DNA from: Pseudomonadota bacterium
GTDB taxonomy: Bacteria; Bdellovibrionota; FAC87; UBA2466
Direction: 5' to 3'
NCBI GenBank assembly: GCA_043767805.1
Contig: JAYUGC010000055.1
Location: 1-15,250, forward strand
Length of the DNA: 15,250 bases
How positions within the stretch are numbered: the first letter of the stretch is position 1; every line of letters begins with the position of its first letter. The notes under the pieces are model-generated. The model had not been told where the DNA came from, searched no databases, and saw nothing but the letters and a program-made list of their open reading frames with translations. A program made the translations under genes and the position numbers. Positions 6,749-14,854 of this stretch are shown piece after piece.

Positions 6749-8011
6749 ATGCTGACGTTAGTCCTCGGAACCGGTGGGCGCGAGCACGCCATCGCCTGGA
6801 AGTTGTCCCAAGACCTCGGCCCCGCGAAGGTCTTTCTCCATCCCGGTAACGCGGGCACGGAAAACTCAGGCATTCAGACCTTGGGCGACACCGACTGGAA
6901 GGACGCCACCGCGGTCGCCGCCAAGGCCAAGAAGCTCGGCATATCTCTCGTCGTCATCGGCCCCGAGATGCTGCTCGCCGATGGTTTCGCCGACGAGCTC
7001 CGGGAACGCGGTTTTCTCGTCGTCGGCCCCGGCAAAGCCGCCGCCCAGCTCGAAGCGAGCAAGGTTTTCGCCAAAGAGTTCATGAAGCGGGCCGAGATTC
7101 CTACCGCTTCCTTCTGCTTCGTCGATTCCGCCGCACAGCTCGAAGCCGCCCTCACCACCTTTCCGATCGTTTTGAAGCTGAGCGGGCTTGCCGCGGGCAA
7201 AGGCGTGGTCGTGGCCGCCCGTCTCGAAGAGGCGCTGGAATTTTCCCGGCGCGTTTGGCAGACCAACGAGTTCGGCTCCGGTCCCCACGAGGTGGTGGTC
7301 GAGGGCTTCTTGGCCGGTGTGGAAGTGAGCTACCTCGGGTTTTGCGACGGCAAACGTTTCGTCCCGCTCGCGACCGCCACGGACTACAAACGGGTGGGCG
7401 ATGGCAACACGGGCGGCAATACCGGCGGCATGGGCGCGGTCTCCCCCTCTCCTTACTTCACGAGCGATTTAAAGCAAAAAGTCGACGAGCGCATCTTGAA
7501 GCCCCTCTTCCGTCAGCTGTCCCGGGACGGTCTCGATTTCCGCGGCATTCTCTACGTGGGCCTCATGATCGATGATAAAGGCGACCCGCACGTCCTCGAG
7601 TTCAACACCCGTTTCGGCGATCCGGAAACTCAAACGATCCTACTCCGTTTCGACAAGCACTTTCCGGAGCTTCTCGAAGCCACCGCCCGGGGCAACCTCG
7701 CGGGAGCGCCCGCGCCGGTCTGGTCCGAAAAGACTTCCATTTACGTCGTGGGTGCCGCAGAAGGCTACCCGAGCACGGTCAAAAACGGCGACGTCATCCG
7801 GGTAGGAGCACTGCCCGACGGTGCTGAAGTTTTTTTCTCGGGCGTGGCCCGTAAAGGCGCGGATCTCGTCACGAACGGGGGCCGCGTCCTCGGCGTCGGC
7901 GCTCTCGGCCGCAACGCCGACGAAGCTCGCGAAACGGCCTACGCCGCCTTGGAAAAAGTCACCTGGCGGGGCAAGCACTTCCGCCACGACATCGGGAAGG
8001 TGTTACAGTGA
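6749..8011 (+). CDS. purD: Phosphoribosylamine-glycine ligase (GAR synthetase)
   Basis: Motifs GTGGREHAIAW, PGNAG, VVIGPE, LEASKVFAKEFM, GLAAGKGV, DYKRVGDGNTGGNTGGMGA, EFNTRFGDPE and TNGGRVL. SD-like AAGGGAAG upstream. Confidence 0.98.
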   Translation: MLTLVLGTGGREHAIAWKLSQDLGPAKVFLHPGNAGTENSGIQTLGDTDWKDATAVAAKAKKLGISLVVIGPEMLLADGFADELRERGFLVVGPGKAAAQLEASKVFAKEFMKRAEIPTASFCFVDSAAQLEAALTTFPIVLKLSGLAAGKGVVVAARLEEALEFSRRVWQTNEFGSGPHEVVVEGFLAGVEVSYLGFCDGKRFVPLATATDYKRVGDGNTGGNTGGMGAVSPSPYFTSDLKQKVDERILKPLFRQLSRDGLDFRGILYVGLMIDDKGDPHVLEFNTRFGDPETQTILLRFDKHFPELLEATARGNLAGAPAPVWSEKTSIYVVGAAEGYPSTVKNGDVIRVGALPDGAEVFFSGVARKGADLVTNGGRVLGVGALGRNADEARETAYAALEKVTWRGKHFRHDIGKVLQ

Positions 8012-8583
8012 AAGACCCTCGCCTTTTTCGCCAGAACGACCCGGCCCTTTGGCCGGCGCTCCAAGAAACGCTGCCGCTCGCGCCCGTGCTCATCACGCCG
8101 ACCGATACGATTTACGGCTTTTCGACCCTTCACACGAATCAAGCCGGCATTCAGCGCATCCGGGACCTGAAGGGGCTGAACCGTTCGACCTTCATCACCC
8201 TCATCCGCAATGCGGAGGACTTCGCGCTGCTTTCGCGCGCGACGCAGGAGCAGGCCCGCATCGCCCTTCGGCACTGGCCGGGCCCCTACACTTTCATCGT
8301 CCCCGCCCTAACTCCCGGGGAAACCGTGGCGCTGCGGATGCCTCGGCATTCGTTCTGCGAGAAGCTCATCGAGACCATGGGTGGCCCGATCATCAGCACC
8401 AGCTGCAACTTTCACGGATTGCCGCCCGCCTGCACCGTCGAGGAAGCCATGGAGCAGTTCGGAGCAAGAGTGGATTTTTACGTCGATGGAGGAACGGTCA
8501 CGAACCCCGTTCCGAGTACTCTAGTGGATCTGACCGAGGCCCAGCCGAAAGTCCTTCGGGTGGGCGCCGGAACTTTCCCTTGA
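8008..8583 (+). CDS. TsaC/YrdC/Sua5/YciO-family protein (threonylcarbamoyl-AMP synthase fold)
   Basis: Motifs PTDTIYG, WPGPYTFI, TVALRMP, PIISTSCN, VDGG and PSTLVDL. The GTG start overlaps the purD stop (GTGA). Confidence 0.88.
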   Translation: MKDPRLFRQNDPALWPALQETLPLAPVLITPTDTIYGFSTLHTNQAGIQRIRDLKGLNRSTFITLIRNAEDFALLSRATQEQARIALRHWPGPYTFIVPALTPGETVALRMPRHSFCEKLIETMGGPIISTSCNFHGLPPACTVEEAMEQFGARVDFYVDGGTVTNPVPSTLVDLTEAQPKVLRVGAGTFP

Positions 8584-8629
8584 AGACTCAGTCAGGTTAA
8601 TGTTTTCTGTGCCCTTCAGGAGGAGCTCC

Positions 8630-9865
8630 ATGCCCGTCATTCACCCGTTCAGTGGGATTTATTACAACTCGAAGATGATCGGAGACCTCTCCGATGTCGT
8701 CACCCCACCTTACGACAACATTCCCGACGAGGAAGTGGACAGCTACCTAAAGCGCAGCCCTTATAACTTCACGCACATCATCATGCCGAGAAAGGACGAC
8801 CCGAATTACGCCCACTCGGTCGACCTTCTCGGCAAGTGGCGCCAAAACAAAGTTTTGCTCCAGGATCACGGGCCTCATTACTACCTGTACCGCCAGACGT
8901 TCACCGTCGACGGGCACACCTACCACCGCTCGAGCCTCATGTGCACGGTGGAGCTGAGTGAGTTCGGCGAAGGGCATGTCCGCCCCCACGAGAATACTCA
9001 CGGCGCTCACAAAGAAGATCGCCTGCGCATCTTGCGCGCGACTCATCACAATTTGAGCCACGTCTTCGCCATGGTGCAGGACCCTGAAGCTTTCCTCGCC
9101 TCCCTCTACGAGCGCTGGCAGTTTGATACCCCGCTTCTGCGCGCGAAAACCAAGGACGGCGTCGAACAAATCGTGTGGCGCGTGGAGGCTTCGAAGGCGC
9201 CCGAGCTCGCGGCGTTTTTTGCGAACAAGCCGCTTTATATTTTGGATGGTCATCACCGTTACTCGAGCGCGGTCATGTACGCGAAAGAGCGCGGCGTCTT
9301 GGGAGACAAGAACGCGCCCGAAGCGCGGATGCTTTTTTCCATCTCCAATACGTCCGATCCGGCCCTCAAGGTTTTCCCGACGCACAGGAAGCTCAAGCAC
9401 TTCGACGCGAAGACCTTCCCTTGGGCCGCGTTCGAAAAAGAGTTTCACACCCAAGCCATGGACGAAGCCGGCTTGGCTCATTTCTGTACGACGCCCGCGC
9501 AAACGCCCGCTTTCGCCCTTTGGGTCGGCGGCAAGCTTTTGCGGTGCGAGCCCAAGCACCCCGCTTCGTCGGAGGCCAAGCACGGCAAAGCGCTTTCGCG
9601 CCAGCCCGTCCTCTGGTCCGACGAGAAACTTCTGACGGGACTCCTCGGCCTCGAAGCGCAAGAGCGCGTGCACGCCATTCATTACGAGCGCGATTGGCGC
9701 CTCGTATGGAAGGATCGTGAAACAACCGCCCTGGCCATTTACCACGCGCCGCCGACGGTCGCGTCCGTCGCGGAAGTTGCCGACGAAAAGGGCTTCATGC
9801 CGCAGAAGTCGACGTACTTCTTCCCGAAGCTCGCGGCGGGTCTCATTATGCGCGAGCATGCCTAG
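8630..9865 (+). CDS. DUF1015 family protein
   Basis: Family motifs VVTPPYD, VRPHENT, YILDGHHRY, PTHR and MPQKSTYFFPK. Start moved from 8600 to ATG 8630, which follows a strong AGGAGGAG SD. Confidence 0.9.
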   Translation: MPVIHPFSGIYYNSKMIGDLSDVVTPPYDNIPDEEVDSYLKRSPYNFTHIIMPRKDDPNYAHSVDLLGKWRQNKVLLQDHGPHYYLYRQTFTVDGHTYHRSSLMCTVELSEFGEGHVRPHENTHGAHKEDRLRILRATHHNLSHVFAMVQDPEAFLASLYERWQFDTPLLRAKTKDGVEQIVWRVEASKAPELAAFFANKPLYILDGHHRYSSAVMYAKERGVLGDKNAPEARMLFSISNTSDPALKVFPTHRKLKHFDAKTFPWAAFEKEFHTQAMDEAGLAHFCTTPAQTPAFALWVGGKLLRCEPKHPASSEAKHGKALSRQPVLWSDEKLLTGLLGLEAQERVHAIHYERDWRLVWKDRETTALAIYHAPPTVASVAEVADEKGFMPQKSTYFFPKLAAGLIMREHA

Positions 9866-10015
9866 CCGTTTGTAAAAAAGAGTTCGGGCAGGTTGGTAGC
9901 TCTCGAGACGTTTGCCCTCGCCGGTTCAGCCTGTTTTTCCGCGCCGCTTAGTTGGGTTTGTTGCGGCTGAACTACTCCGTTGACAAGGTTTTCGACCGTT
10001 CGCATTACCGCGCCC

Positions 10016-10438
10016 ATGAAAACCTTATTTCTCGCGCTCGCTCTTTGTTCTCCCGTGTTCGCCGCCGGCTACAAAGCCAATCTCTACCCGAACCGTGGAC
10101 ACATCGAGATGTACCAATGCGAGCCCGGCGTGAAAGCGGCCTTCAGCGTCTGGACGACGGATTCCGCCACGCTCCGCCTCTCGAACTTCAAGCTCGGTTT
10201 TCACGATTGCGGCTTCGTCACCCCCGACGCCCGCGTCTATGTCTTGAAACTGAAATCGGCTCGTAGAGGCCAGCTTTGGGTCGGACACTCCGAAGGCGGC
10301 CGCACCGTACGCGTTTTCGATTACAGGAACGGCGCCGGCCCCAATGTTCGCGTCGAGGCCCCGTTCATCGTCGAGGAATCCGACGCAAACGGTAACCTTA
10401 TCCAGCGTTTATACCCGCCCATCGGCTCGCGCGGATAA
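10016..10438 (+). CDS. Hypothetical secreted protein (140 aa)
   Basis: ATG 10016 begins a classic Sec signal peptide, MKTLFLALALCSPVFA. The mature part looks beta-rich and has two Cys. The ORF-track start (TTG 9980) coincides with a TTGACA -35-like box. Confidence 0.75.
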   Translation: MKTLFLALALCSPVFAAGYKANLYPNRGHIEMYQCEPGVKAAFSVWTTDSATLRLSNFKLGFHDCGFVTPDARVYVLKLKSARRGQLWVGHSEGGRTVRVFDYRNGAGPNVRVEAPFIVEESDANGNLIQRLYPPIGSRG

Positions 10439-10446
10439 GCTGGTCG

Positions 10447-10463
10447 ATTACGCAAAGCGTAAT
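10447..10463. promoter_or_regulatory. Perfect dyad ATTACGC-AAA-GCGTAAT (operator-like, or a weak terminator hairpin)
   Basis: 7-bp perfect inverted repeat with a 3-nt spacer, in an AT-rich intergenic patch 40 nt upstream of the small ORF at 10503. Confidence 0.4.
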
Positions 10464-10502
10464 ACACAAAGTACCTAAAAATTCCAATGAGATAGAGACA
10501 CC

Positions 10503-10649
10503 ATGCGTTTCTATCGCTCACTTCGGGTAGGTTTAGTTGGCCTCGCGGCACTCGCGTTAGTTCCGCACGCCGCCTACGCCGAGCGGACCGATCTCGCCTC
10601 GCCCGCCCAGCAGTGGGTGAAATGGCAAACCGAGAACACTCCCTACTAA
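10503..10649 (+). CDS. Small ORF with signal peptide (48 aa), or a truncated secreted-protein remnant
   Basis: Translates to MRFYRSLRVGLVGLAALALVPHAAYA-ERTDLASPAQQWVKWQTENTPY*, with a basic n-region, hydrophobic h-region and AYA cleavage motif. GAGA upstream. The stop overlaps the convergent fadJ stop. Confidence 0.55.
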   Translation: MRFYRSLRVGLVGLAALALVPHAAYAERTDLASPAQQWVKWQTENTPY

Positions 10650-12853
10650 ACTTCGGCGTCGTAGAATTTCTTCTTCGCTACCGCGAGCCGCTGCAAATAG
10701 TCGCAGGGCTTGAAGCGGTCGCCATGGCGCCGCGTGAGAAGATCCAGATCCGCCACGATGTTTTCCGCGCCGATGGAATCAGCGTAGCGGAGCAGGCCGC
10801 CCCGGAAGGGCGCAAAGCCCGTTCCGAAAATCATGCCCACGTCGATATCGGAGACGGTCCGGACCAGCGCTTCATCGAGGCAGCGCGCCGCTTCGTTCAC
10901 CATGACGTAAATGAGGCGCTTCACGATCTCGTCATCGGAAACTTTCGCCTCACCCACTTTCGCGCCAAGGCCCTTCAGCCAGGCAAGGTCTTCTTCTTTG
11001 TCCTTCTCGCCCGAGTGGATATAGATGCCCTTGCCCGTTTTCTTTCCCAGGCGGCCTTCTTCGACGACCTTTTCCAGGAGAGACGGCGGCTTCATGCGAT
11101 CGCCGAACGCGCCGTAGAGGACTTTGGAGACTTTGGTGGCGACGTCGAGGCCGACTTCATCCAAAAGCTCGGCGGGTCCCATGGGCATGCCGAAGCGCAC
11201 TATGACTTTGTCCATCTCCTTCGGGGTCACGCCCTCGTTCAAGAGATAGGCGGCCTCGTTCAGGTACGGTCCGAGAATCCGGTTCACCACGAACCCCGGC
11301 GCGTCCTTGACCACGATGGGCGTCTTGCCGAGCTTTTTAGCGAGCGCGAAAACGGTCGCCGTGGCTTCATCGGAGGTCTCTTTGCCGCGGATGACTTCCA
11401 CCAAAGGCATTTTGTCGACGGGATTGAAGAAATGCATGCCGACCACCCGCTCGGGGTGACTGGTGCCGCGCGCGATCTCCGTGACCGAGAGGCTAGAGGT
11501 ATTGGTGGCGAGAACGCCCTTTTTCACGATGGCGTCCAGCTCGCCCATGACCTTCTTTTTGATGTCCATGTTCTCGACGACGGCTTCCACCACGAGATCC
11601 AAATCGCCGAAGCCTTCATACCCCGTGGAAGCCGAGATGCGTTCCATGGCGTTATCGAGCTCGTTGCGCTTCAGGCGACGGCGATCGACCTGTTTCTTGA
11701 AAAGCTTGTAGGCGTGGGCATAGCCTTTGGTGATCGCGTCCCAGTTGATGTCCTTCATGCGCACGCGAATTTGCTTCGCGGAGAAAAGCTGCGCGATGCC
11801 GCCTCCCATGACGCCCGCTCCGAGCACGCCCGCCGTGCGCACTTCCAAGGGCTTCACCTTGCCGGCGACTCCCACGTCTTTCTTCACGGCTTCTTGGAGA
11901 TAGAAAACGTTGATGAGAGACTTCGATTCAGGAGTGACCACGAGCTCGGTGAACGCTTGTGCTTCGATTTTTAGTCCCTTATCGATACTCATGCCGTAGG
12001 TTTTCGACAGCACTTCGAGAATCTTCAAAGGCGCGGGGTAATTGCCGCGCGTCTTTTTCATGACGTCTTTTTTGGCCTGATCGAAGATCACGTACTTCGA
12101 GCCAGGCACCCGCTCGAGAATCGTATGTTTCGATTCCTTGTCGATGTCGCGCTTGACGCCCTTTTTGCCCAGCTCGTCGGCCCACGCGGTCGCGCGCGCT
12201 TCGAGCACTTCCACGGGACAAACTTTATCGACGAGCCCCATCTTTTTCGCCTTGATGCCGTCCACCGTCTTGCCGGTGAGGATCATTTCGAGCGCGGCCT
12301 CAAGACCGATGAGACGGGGCATCCGCTGCGTGCCACCCCAACCCGGCAAAACGCCCAGCATGACTTCGGGGAGCGCAATTTTCGTTCCCTTATCGTCGGT
12401 GGCGAGCCGGTAATCGCAAGCGAGGGTCAGCTCCGTGCCGCCTCCCATGCACGCGCCGTGAATGGCGGCGATGGTCGGAATCGGGAGGTTTTCCAAAAAG
12501 GTGAAGACCGATTGCAGCTTCATCAAAGCTTCGGCGGCGCCAGGGCGGCCTTCGGAGAGCCCTTGAATCTCGCTGATGTCCGCGCCCGCGATGAAAATGG
12601 AGGGTTTCCTGCTAATGACGACGAGAGCTTTGAGGCTCTTGTCCCCCTCCACTTCGCAGAGCAGCTCGAAGAGCCGCAGCATGATCGGCGTCGAAAGCTT
12701 ATTGGCCTTGGAGTCCGCCGCGTCGAAGACGATGAATCCCGTTGAGCCCTTTCGCTCGAGACGCACCGACTTCTCGGCATTCGCCAAGCTCTCCGGCTTG
12801 AAGTTGGATCGGAACTGAGTGATCTCGTCTTTGTTGTCTCTAGATAATTCCAT
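10646..12853 (-). CDS. fadJ: Fatty acid oxidation complex alpha subunit (enoyl-CoA hydratase / 3-hydroxyacyl-CoA dehydrogenase), FadJ/FadB type
   Basis: Crotonase motifs FIAGADI, GGGTEL and LPEVMLG. Rossmann motif GAGVMGGGIA. HAD motifs TNTSSL, GMHFFNPV and PGFVVNR. SD AAGGA upstream. Confidence 0.93.
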   Translation of the reverse strand: MELSRDNKDEITQFRSNFKPESLANAEKSVRLERKGSTGFIVFDAADSKANKLSTPIMLRLFELLCEVEGDKSLKALVVISRKPSIFIAGADISEIQGLSEGRPGAAEALMKLQSVFTFLENLPIPTIAAIHGACMGGGTELTLACDYRLATDDKGTKIALPEVMLGVLPGWGGTQRMPRLIGLEAALEMILTGKTVDGIKAKKMGLVDKVCPVEVLEARATAWADELGKKGVKRDIDKESKHTILERVPGSKYVIFDQAKKDVMKKTRGNYPAPLKILEVLSKTYGMSIDKGLKIEAQAFTELVVTPESKSLINVFYLQEAVKKDVGVAGKVKPLEVRTAGVLGAGVMGGGIAQLFSAKQIRVRMKDINWDAITKGYAHAYKLFKKQVDRRRLKRNELDNAMERISASTGYEGFGDLDLVVEAVVENMDIKKKVMGELDAIVKKGVLATNTSSLSVTEIARGTSHPERVVGMHFFNPVDKMPLVEVIRGKETSDEATATVFALAKKLGKTPIVVKDAPGFVVNRILGPYLNEAAYLLNEGVTPKEMDKVIVRFGMPMGPAELLDEVGLDVATKVSKVLYGAFGDRMKPPSLLEKVVEEGRLGKKTGKGIYIHSGEKDKEEDLAWLKGLGAKVGEAKVSDDEIVKRLIYVMVNEAARCLDEALVRTVSDIDVGMIFGTGFAPFRGGLLRYADSIGAENIVADLDLLTRRHGDRFKPCDYLQRLAVAKKKFYDAEV

Positions 12854-12875
12854 GGTGTTTTCCTTCGCCTAACGC

Positions 12876-14192
12876 TTAGTGACTCCGCTCCAACACGAAC
12901 GCCGCTCCCTGCCCGCCTCCAATACAAAGCGTGGCGAGACTTCGGCCCGCGCCCCGCCGCTTCATTTCGTGAAGCGCGGTAACGACGAGCCGCGCGCCCG
13001 TCGCACCCACGGGGTGACCAAGGGCAATGGCGCCGCCGTTCACGTTCAGCTTGTCGTCGGCGATTTCCCCGAGAGGCTCGCTCAAGCCGAGCTTCTCCAA
13101 ACAATAGCTTTTCGAGGCGAACGCCCTTTGGTTCGCGATGACTTGCGCCGCGAACGCTTCGTTCAGCTCCACGAGATCGATGTCCTTCATGGAAAGTCCC
13201 ATTTCGCTAAAGAGCTTGCCCGTCGAATAAACGGGACCGAGGCCCATACGCTTAGGGTCACAGCCGGTGAAAGCGTAGCCCGTGATGACGCCGAGAATTT
13301 CCCGGCCCTCGGCCCGCGCTTTTTCCTCGTCCATCAAGATGAGCGCGGACGCGCCGTCGGTAATGGGACATGCATTGCCGGGGGTCACCGTGCCGTTCTC
13401 CTTATCAAAGAAGGGGCGTAGCTTGCCGAGGGCTTCCATGGTCTGTCCGTCGCGCGGCCCAAAGTCGGCAGTGAGGCACTCCTTGTAATCGGGCTCCAGC
13501 ACCGTCGCGACGATTTCGGCGGTGAGCCGCCCTTCCTTCTGCGCGGCCACCGTCTTCTGATGGCTCTTCAAAGCAAAGGTGTCTTGGGTTTTACGATCGA
13601 TCTGAAAATCGCGGGCGAGCACTTCCGCCGTCTGTCCCATATTGAGCCCGCTTATCGGATCCGTAAGCCCTTCCATGATGGCGACCCGCGGAGCCAGGTA
13701 CTTGGGCCTGAACTCGCTCGCGGCTTTCAGCTTCCCGAGGGGGGTCTTCGCCGCCATGAAGTCCGAGAAAACGTCTTTCATGTCGTCGCTATAAAGGAGC
13801 GGCATTTCGCTCATGCTCTCGGTGCCCCCGACCAGCATGGTTTCGGCAAGGCCTAAGCCTATCTTCAAACAGCCCTGGGCGATGGCTTCCATGGCGGAAG
13901 CGCAGTTGCGATGAACGGTATACGCCGAGACCGATTCGGGTAGTCCCGCTCTCAGCGCAATCACGCGGGAGATGTTGGCCGCGTCGGCCGGCGTGCCGGC
14001 ATTACCGAAAACCACTTCATCGATGCTTCCCACGGAAAGCCCGGCGCGGGCGATGGCCTCACGAGCCGCAGTCACGCCGAGATGGACCGCCGAGGTCTCC
14101 TTCATCTTGGTGCCCGCTTTGGCGAATGGGGTCCGCACCCCGGAAACGACGGCGACCCGTCTTTTCTGATCTTTGGCAATCCAGGCTTTCAT
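12876..14192 (-). CDS. fadI: Acetyl-CoA C-acyltransferase (3-ketoacyl-CoA thiolase), FadI/FadA type
   Basis: Motifs GVRTPF, catalytic RNCASA, NEAFAAQ, GHPVGATG and CIGGGQG. It lies directly upstream of the alpha subunit, in fadIJ order. SD GAGG upstream. Confidence 0.92.
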   Translation of the reverse strand: MKAWIAKDQKRRVAVVSGVRTPFAKAGTKMKETSAVHLGVTAAREAIARAGLSVGSIDEVVFGNAGTPADAANISRVIALRAGLPESVSAYTVHRNCASAMEAIAQGCLKIGLGLAETMLVGGTESMSEMPLLYSDDMKDVFSDFMAAKTPLGKLKAASEFRPKYLAPRVAIMEGLTDPISGLNMGQTAEVLARDFQIDRKTQDTFALKSHQKTVAAQKEGRLTAEIVATVLEPDYKECLTADFGPRDGQTMEALGKLRPFFDKENGTVTPGNACPITDGASALILMDEEKARAEGREILGVITGYAFTGCDPKRMGLGPVYSTGKLFSEMGLSMKDIDLVELNEAFAAQVIANQRAFASKSYCLEKLGLSEPLGEIADDKLNVNGGAIALGHPVGATGARLVVTALHEMKRRGAGRSLATLCIGGGQGAAFVLERSH

Positions 14193-14341
14193 GGCGCTAC
14201 CTCTTACTCAGTTGTGAGACTTTGAAATCCGCCGCTATCCTAACGCTCGCTGCACGCGCGGCAAGCCCGATTATGGAAGGCCTGGGCACCCACGTCTCGC
14301 CTGGGTTTGCAAGGGACGGCAGCTTTGCAAGTAAAGGGGAC

Positions 14342-14405
14342 GCTTGCCGCGCCGAAGCCTTTACGTAGCGTGGGCTTGCCGCGCCGAAGCTTTAGCGAAG
14401 GCGGG
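14342..14405. repeat. Tandem REP-like repeats
   Basis: GCTTGCCGCGCCGAAGC is exact at 14342-14358 and 14374-14390. The second copy continues into the hairpin CGCC-GAA-GCT-TT-AGC-GAA-GGCG. A 13-bp inverted partial copy lies at 14256-14268. Confidence 0.7.
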
Positions 14406-14466
14406 GTTTCGTGGGACAATGACCTTTGATCCTTCACTTCTCCTTTTCAATTTGGGCGAGACAAGC

Positions 14467-14766
14467 ATGGGGCAATGTCATTACTGCCGTAACGCACTCC
14501 CAGTAGCGGTTCAGCAGAAGAACCGGCTATGCCCGAATTGCGCGAGCGACATCCATTGTTGCAGGAACTGCGTCCATTACGATGAGAACCTGAGCTCCAA
14601 GTGCCGCGAGCCCGAGAGCCCCTGGGTCCGGGACCGCGCCCACACCAACTCCTGTCCCTACTTCGAGTTCGTGGGCGCCCACGTCTCCCCCGCCCCCGAA
14701 GACCCCAACCAGGTTGAGGCCGACCGCGCCAAGGCTGCTTTCAAGGCCCTGTTCCGCGATACTTGA
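14467..14766 (+). CDS. Small Cys-rich, probably metal-binding, hypothetical protein (99 aa)
   Basis: Pattern CHYC...CPNC...HCCRNCVHYD...CREP...NSCPYF, ending in the helix AKAAFKALF. ATG 14467 is preferred because the ORF-track start at 14344 lies inside the repeats. Confidence 0.8.
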   Translation: MGQCHYCRNALPVAVQQKNRLCPNCASDIHCCRNCVHYDENLSSKCREPESPWVRDRAHTNSCPYFEFVGAHVSPAPEDPNQVEADRAKAAFKALFRDT

Positions 14767-14795
14767 CCCCTCCCCCTCCCAAGCGCTCTTACGTG

Positions 14796-14828
14796 TTGAC
14801 TTAATTAGAGCTTCCCTTTAGGTATAGC
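14796..14828 (+). promoter_or_regulatory. Putative sigma70 promoter of rplM
   Basis: TTGACT(14796-14801)-N17-TAGGTA(TAGC) in an AT-rich stretch upstream of ATG 14855. Confidence 0.45.
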
Positions 14829-14854
14829 CGTTCAACTGTAACGAGTTTTTACCT

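Noticed and set aside
9886..9972. Two short inverted repeats after DUF1015 (GGGCA/TGCCC and GTTCAGCC/GGCTGAAC)
   Set aside because: Short stems with large loops and no adjacent U-tract, so they cannot be distinguished from chance or called as a terminator.
1120..13856. Long antisense or overlapping ORFs (e.g. 1120..2376, 3096..4127, 5650..6222, 7821..8600, 8747..9859, 10613..11974, 12125..12745, 12879..13421)
   Set aside because: They overlap well-supported genes, show no recognisable motifs, and are expected stop-poor shadow frames in GC-rich coding DNA.
14342..14405. CRISPR array
   Set aside because: Only two 17-bp copies with a 15-nt gap and no cas genes.
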